From positions 187,475-251,474 of IMG/VR virus record IMGVR_UViG_3300036715_003906: a stretch of DNA of 64,000 nt. One strand, given 5' to 3'. The position numbers and the translations under genes were made by a program. Every line of letters starts with the position of its first letter. The stretch's first letter is position 1. The notes beneath the pieces were generated by a model. It did no database searches. It worked only from the letters and a program-made list of their open reading frames with translations, and was not told the DNA's origin. Below are positions 12,270 through 20,293 of this stretch, in pieces.

Positions 12270-12782
12270 CACCCCCACGACCGCCCGGCAGAAGCGGCGG
12301 ACGTCCTCGTCGGGGAAGCTGTTGCGAGCGTAGTTCATCATCACCGACACGACCCGGACGTTCCCCTCGACATAGCCCCGAGCCCCGTCAATCCGATCCA
12401 GGCTGGCAGACTCGGGGGAGAGCGCGCCGCACCACCCCCCGGTGGTCTCGGGCAAGCGCAGGGGCCAGCCCGTGAACGGGCACAGGCCCTTCTGCTGCCC
12501 CCAAAGCGCCTTGAGGTACTCCGGGGTCAGGTCCGTGGGGCCGCGACGGTGATCACGGTGACGGGCACGGGCCGTGTACCACCGGAAGGGACTCAAATCG
12601 TTCGAGCACGACCCCCGCAACAGGTTCCCCGGGTTGCCTTTCGGGGGCGTCTTCCGGTTCAAGGCGATCCGAGTACAGCGGAGACCTCCGTAAAAATCGG
12701 TACGGCCCGCCTTGACCCACCGCCTGTGCTCACTCGCACTCTTCTGGAAAGGTGTGCCGCAACAGGCACAAAAAAGCTCCAC
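12270..12782 (-). CDS. Phage homing-type endonuclease (SLDRID...GY..GNV family); no stop until 11625
   Basis: CACC zinc knuckle, CPFTG and SLDRIDGARGYVEGNVRVV..MMN. Lower GC; lies directly 3' of the tmRNA. The 3' end is set at the domain end. Confidence 0.7.
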
Positions 12783-12828
12783 GGTCGCTGTCCTACAACC
12801 GTGGAGCTGATAGGGAGATAAGCGTGGA

Positions 12829-13180
12829 GGTGGAAGCGCAGGGGATCGAACCCTGGTCCACAATGACCTACAGCACCCTTCATTCACGTACATAGTCCCT
12901 CTAACCCTCGGGACGGGGTGCCCAGGATTCGGCCTGGGCCCTAGCCGCTGCTTTTCTCACCCCCGGCTGCATCGGCGCCGGCCGGGGGCCATCCCTACTA
13001 AGTTCACACCCCTACCCGGCCGGGCAAGGAGGCCGGCCGGAGGGATGCTCGTCAGGCCGCGAGGGCGACGAGAGCCACGTTGTCGTTGGCGTGTGTGTTT
13101 TCCCAGCTTGGTTGAGGCGGGGCAGGGGCCGCCTGTACGCAGGATACGTTCGGTCACCGTGTCGAAGCCATTTCGCCCCC
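12829..13180 (-). ncRNA. ssrA: tmRNA, tag ANDNVALVALAA* at 13090-13052
   Basis: 5' GGGGGCGAAAUGGCUUCGAC; 3' T-arm CAGGG-UUCGAUC-CCCUG then CGCUUCC-A-CC with a G3.U wobble; about 350 nt; internal resume codon GCC. Confidence 0.95.
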
Positions 13181-13227
13181 ATACGATGACCCCGGGCTAC
13201 ACGCCCGAGGGCTTCCGATCCTGACAC

Positions 13228-13467
13228 CTACTCGCCGATGTCGTCGCGTTCCCGCCAGGCCGGGCCGTACATCATCTCCATGACCTCGTCCTCCTCCTCG
13301 CGGTAGCGCCGGAGGATCTCGGCGACGGGGCCGGCCTGGGGCCTCTCCCGCGGGGTCCGTGCCTCCTGAACGGCCTTGGGGGGCTTCTTGGGTTCGCGGT
13401 CCTTCGGCGGGGCCTTCGTCGTGCTCCCACGACGCATCGGGGCTGGCATGTACCCCCCTGGGGCCAC
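13228..13467 (-). CDS. Small hypothetical protein
   Basis: ORF track; charged C-terminus. Confidence 0.4.
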   Translation of the reverse strand: MAPGGYMPAPMRRGSTTKAPPKDREPKKPPKAVQEARTPRERPQAGPVAEILRRYREEEDEVMEMMYGPAWRERDDIGE

Positions 13468-13485
13468 AAGGAGACTACCCCCGGA

Positions 13486-13704
13486 TCAGACGAACCTGAT
13501 CCGGGCCAGCCTCGTCAGAGGGCCCGTCCACATCCGGGGCCACTCCCCGGGCTCCGCCTCCCTGGTGGCCTGCCCTGCCTGCCCCTGCTGGTGGAAGGTG
13601 GCGAGCAGCTTCTCGGCCACCACGTCCCCCACCTCGGGCGCCACCACGACCCACCTACCCCCCTGACCCGGACCGTTCGAGTGCCATCGCTCAACCCTCC
13701 CCAT
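13486..13704 (-). CDS. Small hypothetical protein
   Basis: ATG 10 nt after CGGTGTA. Confidence 0.5.
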   Translation of the reverse strand: MGRVERWHSNGPGQGGRWVVVAPEVGDVVAEKLLATFHQQGQAGQATREAEPGEWPRMWTGPLTRLARIRFV

Positions 13705-13732
13705 GGAAGGGGGGTACACCGGACGCGGATAG

Positions 13733-13801
13733 AACCCGGGGAGGGGGTCGAACCCTCGAAACTACGGTCAAAACGTAGCCTCCCCGCCGGGGGACCCGGG
13801 A
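13733..13801 (-). tRNA. tRNA-Gln(UUG), atypical (short D arm, U1.U72)
   Basis: Anticodon arm CUACG-UUUUGAC-CGUAG; T arm GAGGG-UUCGACC-CCCUC. Confidence 0.6.
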
Positions 13802-13802
13802 G

Positions 13803-13871
13803 TCGCTGTCGTGGGAAACGAACCCACCTGCGGCGGCTTATGAAACCGCGCCCCCGCCTCGGGTGACAGCG
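13803..13871 (-). tRNA. tRNA-Met/Ile2(CAU), short D arm
   Basis: Acceptor CGCUGUC/GACAGCG; anticodon loop UUCAUAA. Confidence 0.7.
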
Positions 13872-13945
13872 CAGAAGAAGAACCCTTCTATGGATGAAGG
13901 GGAACGAAGGTGCAAGCGGACAGAGCGTCCGAAAAAAGGAGCCCC

Positions 13946-15097
13946 ATGCCCTCGTGGAAGTTGTCGGATCTTGAGCTGGCCAGGACTCTCCTCGGACAGT
14001 ACTCCCGCAGCCGGATGCACATGGCACTGACGAAGCTGGGCCGGAAGCTGGAACGTGACGTCACCGAAGAGGACTTGAACAAGGGCCTCTTGAAGAAGGG
14101 GATGCCGGCTGCGGCGCTCCTGTGCCTCCCCGACCAGCTCCCGAGCGACATCGAGAAGCTCGTCAAGCTGACCCGCAAGACACCGCCGTCCTTCGAGGCC
14201 CTGTGCGATAAGCTGAACCTGTCCCCGAAGAAGGCCCGGGACCTCATCGAGAAGGCGCGGGCCCAGGGCGTCCAGATCCACGTCGAGAACAATCACGTCG
14301 GGATCAAGGGGTGGTACGAGGACAAGGTCCACACGCTGTCCCCCGCGCCGCTCGCCGGGGCCCGTAAGATGGTGGCCGTGATCTCCGACATCCACCTGGG
14401 GTCGAAGTATTGCCTCCGCAGCGCCCTCCGGGACTTCGTCGAGCACGCCTACGCGCAAGGGGTGCGGGAGGTCCTGTGCCCCGGAGACGTCCTCGACGGC
14501 ATGTACAAGCACGGCGTCTTCGAGGTCTCCCGAGTGGGCATCGCCGACCAGGCCGAGGACCTCCGGGAAGTGCTCCCCGAGCTGCCCGGCCTGACGTATC
14601 ACATGATCACGGGCAACCACGACTTCACCTTCACGGAAGCCTCGGGGGTCGACGTCGGGGCCTACCTGGTCAACCACTTCGTGCAGAAGGGCCGGAAGGA
14701 CCTCTTCTGCTACGGGGACCGGGGGGCCTTCCTCCGCATCCACGGGGCCGTCGTCCACCTCTGGCACCCGCGCTCCGGGACCTCCTACGCCCGGTCCTAC
14801 GCCCTCCAGAAGCACGTTGAGAAGTACACCTCGGCCGAGAAGCCCCACATCCTCCTCGCGGGCCACTGGCACATCTACTGCCACGTCTACGAGCGTGAGG
14901 TCCACGCCATCGCCTGCCCGACCTTCCAGGGGGGCGGGAGCGCCTTCTCGAAGAGCCTCGGGGGCGCCCCGGCCATCGGGGGCCTCATCCTGTCCTGGCA
15001 GATGACGAAGGCGGGCACGATACGCTCGTTCGGGATTCAGGTCCACTCCTACCCCGAGAGGGAGGTCGTCCAGACGGTCCGCAAGGGAGACGCCTGA
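13946..15097 (+). CDS. Calcineurin-like metallophosphoesterase with N-terminal HTH-like region
   Basis: SDIHLG, GDVLDG, GNHD and GHWH motifs; AAGGA Shine-Dalgarno. Confidence 0.85.
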   Translation: MPSWKLSDLELARTLLGQYSRSRMHMALTKLGRKLERDVTEEDLNKGLLKKGMPAAALLCLPDQLPSDIEKLVKLTRKTPPSFEALCDKLNLSPKKARDLIEKARAQGVQIHVENNHVGIKGWYEDKVHTLSPAPLAGARKMVAVISDIHLGSKYCLRSALRDFVEHAYAQGVREVLCPGDVLDGMYKHGVFEVSRVGIADQAEDLREVLPELPGLTYHMITGNHDFTFTEASGVDVGAYLVNHFVQKGRKDLFCYGDRGAFLRIHGAVVHLWHPRSGTSYARSYALQKHVEKYTSAEKPHILLAGHWHIYCHVYEREVHAIACPTFQGGGSAFSKSLGGAPAIGGLILSWQMTKAGTIRSFGIQVHSYPEREVVQTVRKGDA

Positions 15098-15711
15098 TGC
15101 CCCGCCGCGTCGTCAAGCTCCCCCTGCCCCCCGAGCCCGAACCCTTGACGGTCATCTGGGTCAAGGACTTCCACGAGGACGCGACCCACTCCTTTGCCCG
15201 TGACCTCGGCGCCATCCGCAACCAGCGCCAGGCCATCTGCCCCGTCATCATCGACAGCCCCGGCGGAGACCCCTACTCGCTCCGGGCCATGATGGATCTC
15301 CTCGACGCCTACGAGGGCACCGTGGCGACGGTGGCCATGGGCAAGGCCATGTCCTGCGGGGCCGCCCTCTTCACCTGCGGGGACCCGGGCTTCCGCTTCA
15401 TGGCCCCCTCGGCGACCCTCATGTTCCACGACATCCGCGACGACAGCCCGGGCGGCAAGGTCGAGGACCAGAAGGCTTCCTCGAAGGAGTCCCAGCGCCT
15501 CAACAACGCCCTCTGGCGGCGGATCGCCAAGAACATCGGGCAGCCCCCCTCCTATCTCCTCGACCTCGTCAAGCAGCGGAGCCGCGTGGACTGGTACATG
15601 AACGCCAGGGAGGCCGTGCGGCTCGGGATCGCGAGCCACGTCGGGCTCCCCATCTTCGAGGTCACGATCCGCGTCGACCCCTTCCTCGGCATCCAGGGCC
15701 GGGAGGGGTGA
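15097..15711 (+). CDS. clpP: ClpP-family protease
   Basis: IDSPGG, AMSCG (nucleophile Ser), LMFH and DWYMNAREA..LG. Confidence 0.8.
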   Translation: MPRRVVKLPLPPEPEPLTVIWVKDFHEDATHSFARDLGAIRNQRQAICPVIIDSPGGDPYSLRAMMDLLDAYEGTVATVAMGKAMSCGAALFTCGDPGFRFMAPSATLMFHDIRDDSPGGKVEDQKASSKESQRLNNALWRRIAKNIGQPPSYLLDLVKQRSRVDWYMNAREAVRLGIASHVGLPIFEVTIRVDPFLGIQGREG

Positions 15712-15738
15712 CAATCTGGCAGGAGAATCGTCTAAGGG

Positions 15739-15810
15739 TGTCACCGGCGGGACTCGAACCCACATGAACTACCTTCGGAGGGTAGCGCCCTTCCATTAGA
15801 CCACGGTGAC
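15739..15810 (-). tRNA. tRNA-Arg(CCG)
   Basis: Full cloverleaf; loop CUCCGAA. Confidence 0.9.
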
Positions 15811-15819
15811 AAGCGGACA

Positions 15820-15955
15820 GAAGACAACAGGAGCAAGAGGTGCCGGCCGCCCCCATGAACCCCGGTATCCGCCTCGACCATCAGGGCGTTGCACCCGGGG
15901 GTCTTGAGAGAGCGTTGGTGGGGATGTAAGGGAGGCCCTGCGTGTCATCCCCTCT
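15820..15955 (-). ncRNA. Divergent Y-RNA-like element (candidate)
   Basis: AGAGGG-GAUG ... GUUG-UCUUCU terminal helix; GCAGGG/CUCUUGC upper stem; UUACAUCC loop. Confidence 0.3.
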
Positions 15956-16023
15956 CGGGGAAAAGGATAGGGTGTCTTCTGTCCCGCCCCCCCCTCACCG
16001 AAGCGAGAGGGGGCGCCGTCCCG

Positions 16024-16534
16024 TCACGCCAGAAGCGCGGGGGACAAGTCGAGTTCGACCAGGACGGCGTTGGCCGTCGCGATCTGGGCCCGGAGGGCCC
16101 CGGCCACCTTGGCGGCCTTCTGAGCCAGCCTGACGGCCTCGGACGTGCTCACGGTGGGGACCGTCGTGACGACCCCTTCGGAGCGCTCCCTGGCGTCCAT
16201 GGGGCTCCCGTAGCGCTCGGCCTTGGGCGTCGCCACGGACCGCCACATCTTCTCGGCCCGGGCCAGACCCCCGAGCCTCTTGATCCCCTCGGCCAGCGTG
16301 AGGGTCTGCCCCTCGTGCTCGCAGGGTCACGGCGAGGTTGTAGCGCATCTGGGCCGTCTGGAGCTGGGCGATGGCAGCCTCGCCCTCCAGGAAGGCCGTG
16401 ACGACCTCCTGGGGCGTGTCCTTGGCCTCCCCCGGCCACTTCATGAGCGCCCCGTTGAAGGACCCCGCCGCCGTGTCCCGCCGCAGCTCGTGCTGCTTGA
16501 TCGCTTCCCTGAGCCCGTACCCGCTGATCTTCAT
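16024..16534 (-). CDS. Hypothetical coiled-coil protein, frameshifted near 16320
   Basis: MKISGYGLREAIK...RYNLAVT continues in another frame as ...TLAEGIKRLGGLARAEKMWRSV. Confidence 0.55.
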
Positions 16535-16571
16535 CGGATGTCTCCGTGAGACGCCGAGGAGTCCCCGCTAG

Positions 16572-16643
16572 CGCCCCCAGAAGGAATCGAACCCTCACAA
16601 GGTCGGGTAGAAACCGACCGCCCATCCGTTAGGCGATGGGGGC
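16572..16643 (-). tRNA. tRNA-Arg(UCU)
   Basis: Cloverleaf; loop UUUCUAC. Confidence 0.9.
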
Positions 16644-16646
16644 AGG

Positions 16647-16768
16647 GCAGCGACAAGGGGTAGGTGGACGGAGGTCGGTAGGACAGGGGTCGAACCTGTG
16701 ACGCCGGCTTATCAGGCCGGTGTGCCCCCCTCGGGCACCCATCGTGGAGTCCACCTGTCATTCGCTGC
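16647..16768 (-). ncRNA. Y-RNA-like element enclosing an intact tRNA-Ile
   Basis: GCAGCGA-AUG-AC-AGGUGGAC ... GUCCACCU-ACCC-CUUG-UCGCUGC. Confidence 0.7.
16675..16744 (-). tRNA. tRNA-Ile(GAU)-like, nested inside the Y-like stem
   Basis: CCGGC-CUGAUAA-GCCGG; T arm ACAGG-UUCGACC-CCUGU; weak acceptor stem. Confidence 0.65.
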
Positions 16769-16770
16769 GG

Positions 16771-16841
16771 AGTCGAGGGTGGGAATCGAACCCACGATGC
16801 GGCTTTTGCAGAGCCGTGCCTTACCGTTTGGCTACCTCGAC
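16771..16841 (-). tRNA. tRNA-Cys(GCA)
   Basis: Cloverleaf with U73. Confidence 0.92.
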
Positions 16842-16846
16842 ACGAG

Positions 16847-17375
16847 AGCGAGCACCGGGAGTCGAACCCCGCTATTTACGACCAAAAGTAGATGTCTGGG
16901 TATGGCAGTTGGGGCAGAGGAATCGCAGGTTTGTGGCCTCATTGTTATGCCGATCCCCGTCTCTGTGGTCCACCTGCAAAACCAAGGGCTTGCCTTGCCA
17001 CTCAGGACCTTGGCTGCACTCTGCGCACTGATGCAAAATCCCCGTTGCCAGCAAAGCCCTGCGAAGTTGATGAGGCTTGCAACGATAAGGCCCAGCGGAC
17101 TCAAAAACCTGAGCGGGAGCCTTCTGCTTCCCAGAGGGCTGTCCCGCTGCCCACCCCTTCCCCTCCGGGATGTGGGACCGATCGATGCCGGCGGAGAGGA
17201 TTCTAGTTTTGAGGTGCTCGTGCTGACTCCCGGAGAACGTCGTGACTCCGAGCTTCCTCAGCACTGCGCTGATCGAGGCACTTGATTTAACAGCCTCGGC
17301 AATGGCTTCGTCGGTGTACTTGACTGGCATCGTATGGTGCCCATAGCACATGCCTTACCGTTCGGCCATGCCCGC
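16847..17375 (-). pseudogene. tRNA (Gly- or Cys-like, U73) split by an HNH ORF
   Basis: The 5' half GCGGGCA-UG-GCCGAACGGUAAGGC (17375-17352) pairs with the 3' half GGG-UUCGACU-CCC-GG-UGCUCGC-U (16871-16847). Confidence 0.75.
16872..17330 (-). CDS. HNH homing endonuclease inside a tRNA gene
   Basis: CAEC...WQGKPLVLQVDHRDGDRHNNEATNLRFLCPNCH; lower GC than its flanks. Confidence 0.92.
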   Translation of the reverse strand: MPVKYTDEAIAEAVKSSASISAVLRKLGVTTFSGSQHEHLKTRILSAGIDRSHIPEGKGWAAGQPSGKQKAPAQVFESAGPYRCKPHQLRRALLATGILHQCAECSQGPEWQGKPLVLQVDHRDGDRHNNEATNLRFLCPNCHTQTSTFGRK

Positions 17376-17379
17376 ACAG

Positions 17380-17455
17380 CGCGGGGGGGACGAGTTGAAC
17401 GTCCGTACCCGAAGACCCGAAGGCCCGCGGTGCTCTACCCTTGAGCTACCCCCGC
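17380..17455 (-). ncRNA. tRNA-like RNA with the anticodon loop replaced by a cUUCGg hairpin
   Basis: Perfect acceptor, D and T arms; central arm CCG-CG-GGCC-UUCG-GGUC-UU-CGG. Confidence 0.75.
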
Positions 17456-17592
17456 TTGGGGTGGTTTGCCGTCTAGAGCGGCTTCGCAGGGGGGCGTGAA
17501 CCACCAACCCCGAGCGGCGCATGACCCGAGGGCCAGACCGCGTCCTGCTACGCCTCGACCCCCACGAGGTGGCCCCGGGGAATCGAGAACGG

Positions 17593-17663
17593 TGCGGCTA
17601 GGGGGAATCGAACCCCCACCTCTACCATGGCAAGGTAGCGCTCGACCTTCGAGCAACAGCCGC
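17593..17663 (-). tRNA. tRNA-Gly(GCC)
   Basis: Cloverleaf; loop UUGCCAU; A73. Confidence 0.88.
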
Positions 17664-17668
17664 GAGTA

Positions 17669-17733
17669 CCGACGACAAGGGGACGTCCCGGACGGGACAG
17701 GTATGAGGTGTAGTCCGGGACAGCATTTGTCGG
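17669..17733 (-). ncRNA. Minimal Y-RNA-like element
   Basis: CCGACA-AAUG-CU-GUCCCGGAC-[19 nt loop]-GUCCGGGAC-GUCCC-CUUG-UCGUCGG. Confidence 0.65.
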
Positions 17734-17735
17734 GG

Positions 17736-17806
17736 AGCGTCCAGAGGGAATCGAACCCTCGTGTTCTGGGTGGAAGCCAGATGCCTAGCCAGTCGGCCAC
17801 GGACGC
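17736..17806 (-). tRNA. tRNA-Gly(UCC)
   Basis: Cloverleaf with U73. Confidence 0.9.
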
Positions 17807-17811
17807 ATGAT

Positions 17812-17909
17812 CAGCAACAAGGAGTGAGCAGACGTTTTGCCCCGGCCCCTTGCGGGTCCGTCGGGGTCCGAGCCCCAGGGCGCCTTGGAGTCCACTCGGT
17901 CATTCACTG
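17812..17909 (-). ncRNA. Y-RNA-like element with a multi-hairpin cargo
   Basis: CAGUGA-AUG-ACC-GAGUGGAC-UCCA ... AAAAC-GUCUGCUC-ACUC-CUUG-UUGCUG. Confidence 0.7.
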
Positions 17910-17912
17910 TCG

Positions 17913-17983
17913 AGCTGCCCAGGGGAGTCGAACCCCTACCGGACTCCTTACAAGGGAGTTGCACTCCGCAGTGCTAGAGCAGC
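17913..17983 (-). tRNA. tRNA-Thr(UGU)
   Basis: Cloverleaf; loop CUUGUAA. Confidence 0.88.
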
Positions 17984-18109
17984 AAGTCGAGTCGCAGCAA
18001 GATCCCCATCGCGGTGGACGACGGCACCCCGCTCTCCCTGTCCGCGGCTGGCCGTGTCACAGCCCTTTGGACTCGGCGCAGGGGGCGCTGAGGCTCTTCT
18101 GGAACCCGG

Positions 18110-18181
18110 AGCTGGTGATGGGAATCGAACCCACCGTGTCTCCCCTACCAAGGGAGTGCCCCGCCGCGGAGCCTCACCAGC
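18110..18181 (-). tRNA. tRNA-Thr(GGU)
   Basis: Cloverleaf; loop UUGGUAG. Confidence 0.85.
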
Positions 18182-18210
18182 AGAAGGCCCCCGAGGTGGG
18201 GGCCGAAGAT

Positions 18211-19179
18211 TCAGATCGGGGAGGACTGAACGACCCAGAAGTCGCTCGCCTGCTTCGTGTCCCCAACGTAGTCGTAGGCCATCCAGAAGTAGCCCCCGAG
18301 GCCCCAGCTCGCGCCCCAGGAGTTGCGGACCAGGAAGGCGCCGGTCGAGAACGTACCGTTCGCCCGCTTGATCACCTTGGCGTCGTCGTAGCCCACCAGG
18401 CAGACCGCGTGCCCGCCCTGGAGCTGCTCACTCGGGTCGGGGTAGGGGAGGACCGCCTCCGTCGCCATGGTCTGCGACATGAAGTGGTCGTAGACCTGGA
18501 ACCCGAAGCCCACGAGGAAACCCGAGGCCAGCATCGACTTCATCGTCGAGAGGTCGCCGTCCGCGATCGAGTGGTAGCTCGTCACCTTGTGCGTCGCCGC
18601 CGCCGCCCAGATGGCCGCCGGTGGGTTCACCGCGAACTTCGTGATGTCGTAGGGGTAGGCCGCCTCGGCCGCGACCCCGTACTGGGCCCCGGCCTTGATC
18701 GCGTCCCGGATGGTCGCCCCGGAGTCCTCCTGGACGGTCCCCTCGATCTTCCTCGTCGCGTAATACTCGAAGAGGCGAGAGCACAGAACCGGAACCTTGG
18801 ACGGGGCCGGCGCAGGCGTGGGGGCAGGGGCCGCGGGCACCACCTTCGTGGCGAAGGAGAGGGACCCGTCGGAGGCCACCGCCACCCCCGATACCTGGAC
18901 CGTGGGCACGGCCGGAGCCGCCGCCCGAAGCCCGAGGCGCTTCAGCTCGTTGAACTCGACGATGCCCGCGAACATGTTGCCCGTGCAGCTCCCGAGGTCC
19001 CCCTGGTCCACCACCGGGCTGCACCCGGGGAGGTTGCTGAACGAGGGCGGGATCGCGAGGAGGATGCCCGGCATCTTGACCCGGAACGCTTCGTCCCGGA
19101 CGTCGACCGGCTGCTTGCGCCAGCCCCGCATGTGGACCCGGCGAACCGAGCCATCCTTGGCATGAACTTCCTTTAGCAT
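18211..19179 (-). CDS. Papain-like C1 cysteine protease
   Basis: DQGDLGSCTG, GGHAV and VRNSWG..WG..GY; Pro/Ala-rich insertion. Confidence 0.92.
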   Translation of the reverse strand: MLKEVHAKDGSVRRVHMRGWRKQPVDVRDEAFRVKMPGILLAIPPSFSNLPGCSPVVDQGDLGSCTGNMFAGIVEFNELKRLGLRAAAPAVPTVQVSGVAVASDGSLSFATKVVPAAPAPTPAPAPSKVPVLCSRLFEYYATRKIEGTVQEDSGATIRDAIKAGAQYGVAAEAAYPYDITKFAVNPPAAIWAAAATHKVTSYHSIADGDLSTMKSMLASGFLVGFGFQVYDHFMSQTMATEAVLPYPDPSEQLQGGHAVCLVGYDDAKVIKRANGTFSTGAFLVRNSWGASWGLGGYFWMAYDYVGDTKQASDFWVVQSSPI

Positions 19180-19219
19180 GAGTGACCTCGTACTCCCGGA
19201 CGCTCCATCGAAAGGTTCG

Positions 19220-19290
19220 TGGACCTGGGGGGAATCGAACCCCCATCATCGGCTTGCAAAGCCGTGATTCTCCCGTTGAACTACAGGCCC
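19220..19290 (-). tRNA. tRNA-Ala(UGC)
   Basis: G3.U70; loop UUUGCAA. Confidence 0.9.
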
Positions 19291-19417
19291 AGAGGGGGCC
19301 CAAGGCGACGTGCCAGGGGCCCGGATGATCACTAAGGCCGTTATGCGTGTCGTCGCGCCTGCCTTCAGGGACACGTTGGTGAACCGGGGTGAATGCTCAT
19401 GACCACCCTGTACACCG

Positions 19418-19489
19418 TGGACCGGCCGGGACTCGAACCCGGACATCTGCCGTGCGAAAGCAGCGTGCTCCCTTTGGCACTACCGGCCC
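19418..19489 (-). tRNA. tRNA-Ala(CGC)
   Basis: G3.U70; loop UUCGCAC. Confidence 0.9.
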
Positions 19490-19507
19490 TTGCTGACCCG
19501 TAAGCGG

Positions 19508-19578
19508 TGGAGCCGGCGGGGATCGAACCCGCCCGCGGCCGGGACAGGGTGCCCTTCTGCCGCCCACCATGAAGCCCC
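19508..19578 (-). ncRNA. Ala-acceptor tRNA-like RNA without D stem or anticodon (resembles a tmRNA tRNA-like domain)
   Basis: GGGGCU/GGCUCC-A-CC with G3.U; T arm GCGGG-UUCGAUC-CCCGC; internal GCGGC...GCCGC helix. Confidence 0.55.
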
Positions 19579-19582
19579 AGGC

Positions 19583-19640
19583 GGTCCCCGGTTTCGGAAT
19601 CGAACCGATTGCCATGGCGACCCTCCCTGGGCCGGGGACC
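19583..19640 (-). ncRNA. Miniature tRNA-like element
   Basis: 9-bp closing stem GGUCCCCGG/CCGGGGACC; T loop UUCGAUU; tiny D-like and anticodon-like hairpins. Confidence 0.4.
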
Positions 19641-19827
19641 TGGACTCACCCCTACCCGGCCGGGTGGGGGGCTCGCCTGTCGACGTCAGGGACTCGAACC
19701 CCTCGCGCCCCCGGGTAGAGAGCGCGCCTTCCTGGAAGTCGATGAGCCCGGGTTCTCGGCTGCCCCCCAGGGCCTGGGGCTCGAAGCGTCACCCCGCCCG
19801 TACCGGCGCGGGGGGCCGAAAGATTTG

Positions 19828-19872
19828 CAACGACAAAGGGAGTTTGAGTGTAGTCCGCGATCGGATTCACTG
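19828..19872 (-). ncRNA. Degenerate or minimal Y-RNA-like element
   Basis: CAGUGA-AUC ... GGACUACAC ... CUUUG-UCGUUG. Confidence 0.4.
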
Positions 19873-19876
19873 TCCG

Positions 19877-19948
19877 CGCTTCCGCCGGGAGTTGGACCCA
19901 GTACATCCGGTTTAGGAAACCAGCGCCCGCGGCCGGCGGGACGGAAGC
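19877..19948 (-). tRNA. tRNA-Arg(CCU), atypical T loop
   Basis: Loop UUCCUAA; T loop UCCAACU. Confidence 0.7.
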
Positions 19949-19949
19949 A

Positions 19950-20189
19950 TCAGGGCCCGAAGGCCCCGGGGAAGAGGATGCACAAGAGGCCCGAGAAGTA
20001 GAGCCCGAGCCCGAGGGCGACCCCCAGCATGATGACGTTGGTGGCCTGCTCGCTCTCGGCGACCTGGGACTCCCAGGCCGCACGCTCCTCGGGGGTGGCC
20101 CGCTCCCACCACGTCCGGTGGAGGCGCTGGTGCTTCGGGTCCGCCTCACGCTGCCTACGGGCCCTGCTCGACCACCCATCCATGACCAT
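19950..20189 (-). CDS. Small membrane protein
   Basis: C-terminal hydrophobic helix; fills the gap between two tRNAs. Confidence 0.5.
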   Translation of the reverse strand: MVMDGWSSRARRQREADPKHQRLHRTWWERATPEERAAWESQVAESEQATNVIMLGVALGLGLYFSGLLCILFPGAFGP

Positions 20190-20201
20190 GAGCCCTTTCA
20201 G

Positions 20202-20285
20202 CGGAAGCAGGAGGAGTCGGACCTCTCCCCCGGAGGGGTCAATCGGGTAGCGACCGACGGGCCCGCCACCGGGCCTTCAGCTTCC
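20202..20285 (-). tRNA. tRNA-Ser(GCU), atypical (C33, UCCG T loop)
   Basis: Long variable arm, G73, loop UCGCUAC. Confidence 0.65.
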
Positions 20286-20293
20286 AAGCGTCG

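Noticed and set aside
16872-17351. Group I intron in the split tRNA
   Set aside because: There is no room for P3-P9 core elements outside the ORF, and none was recognised within it.
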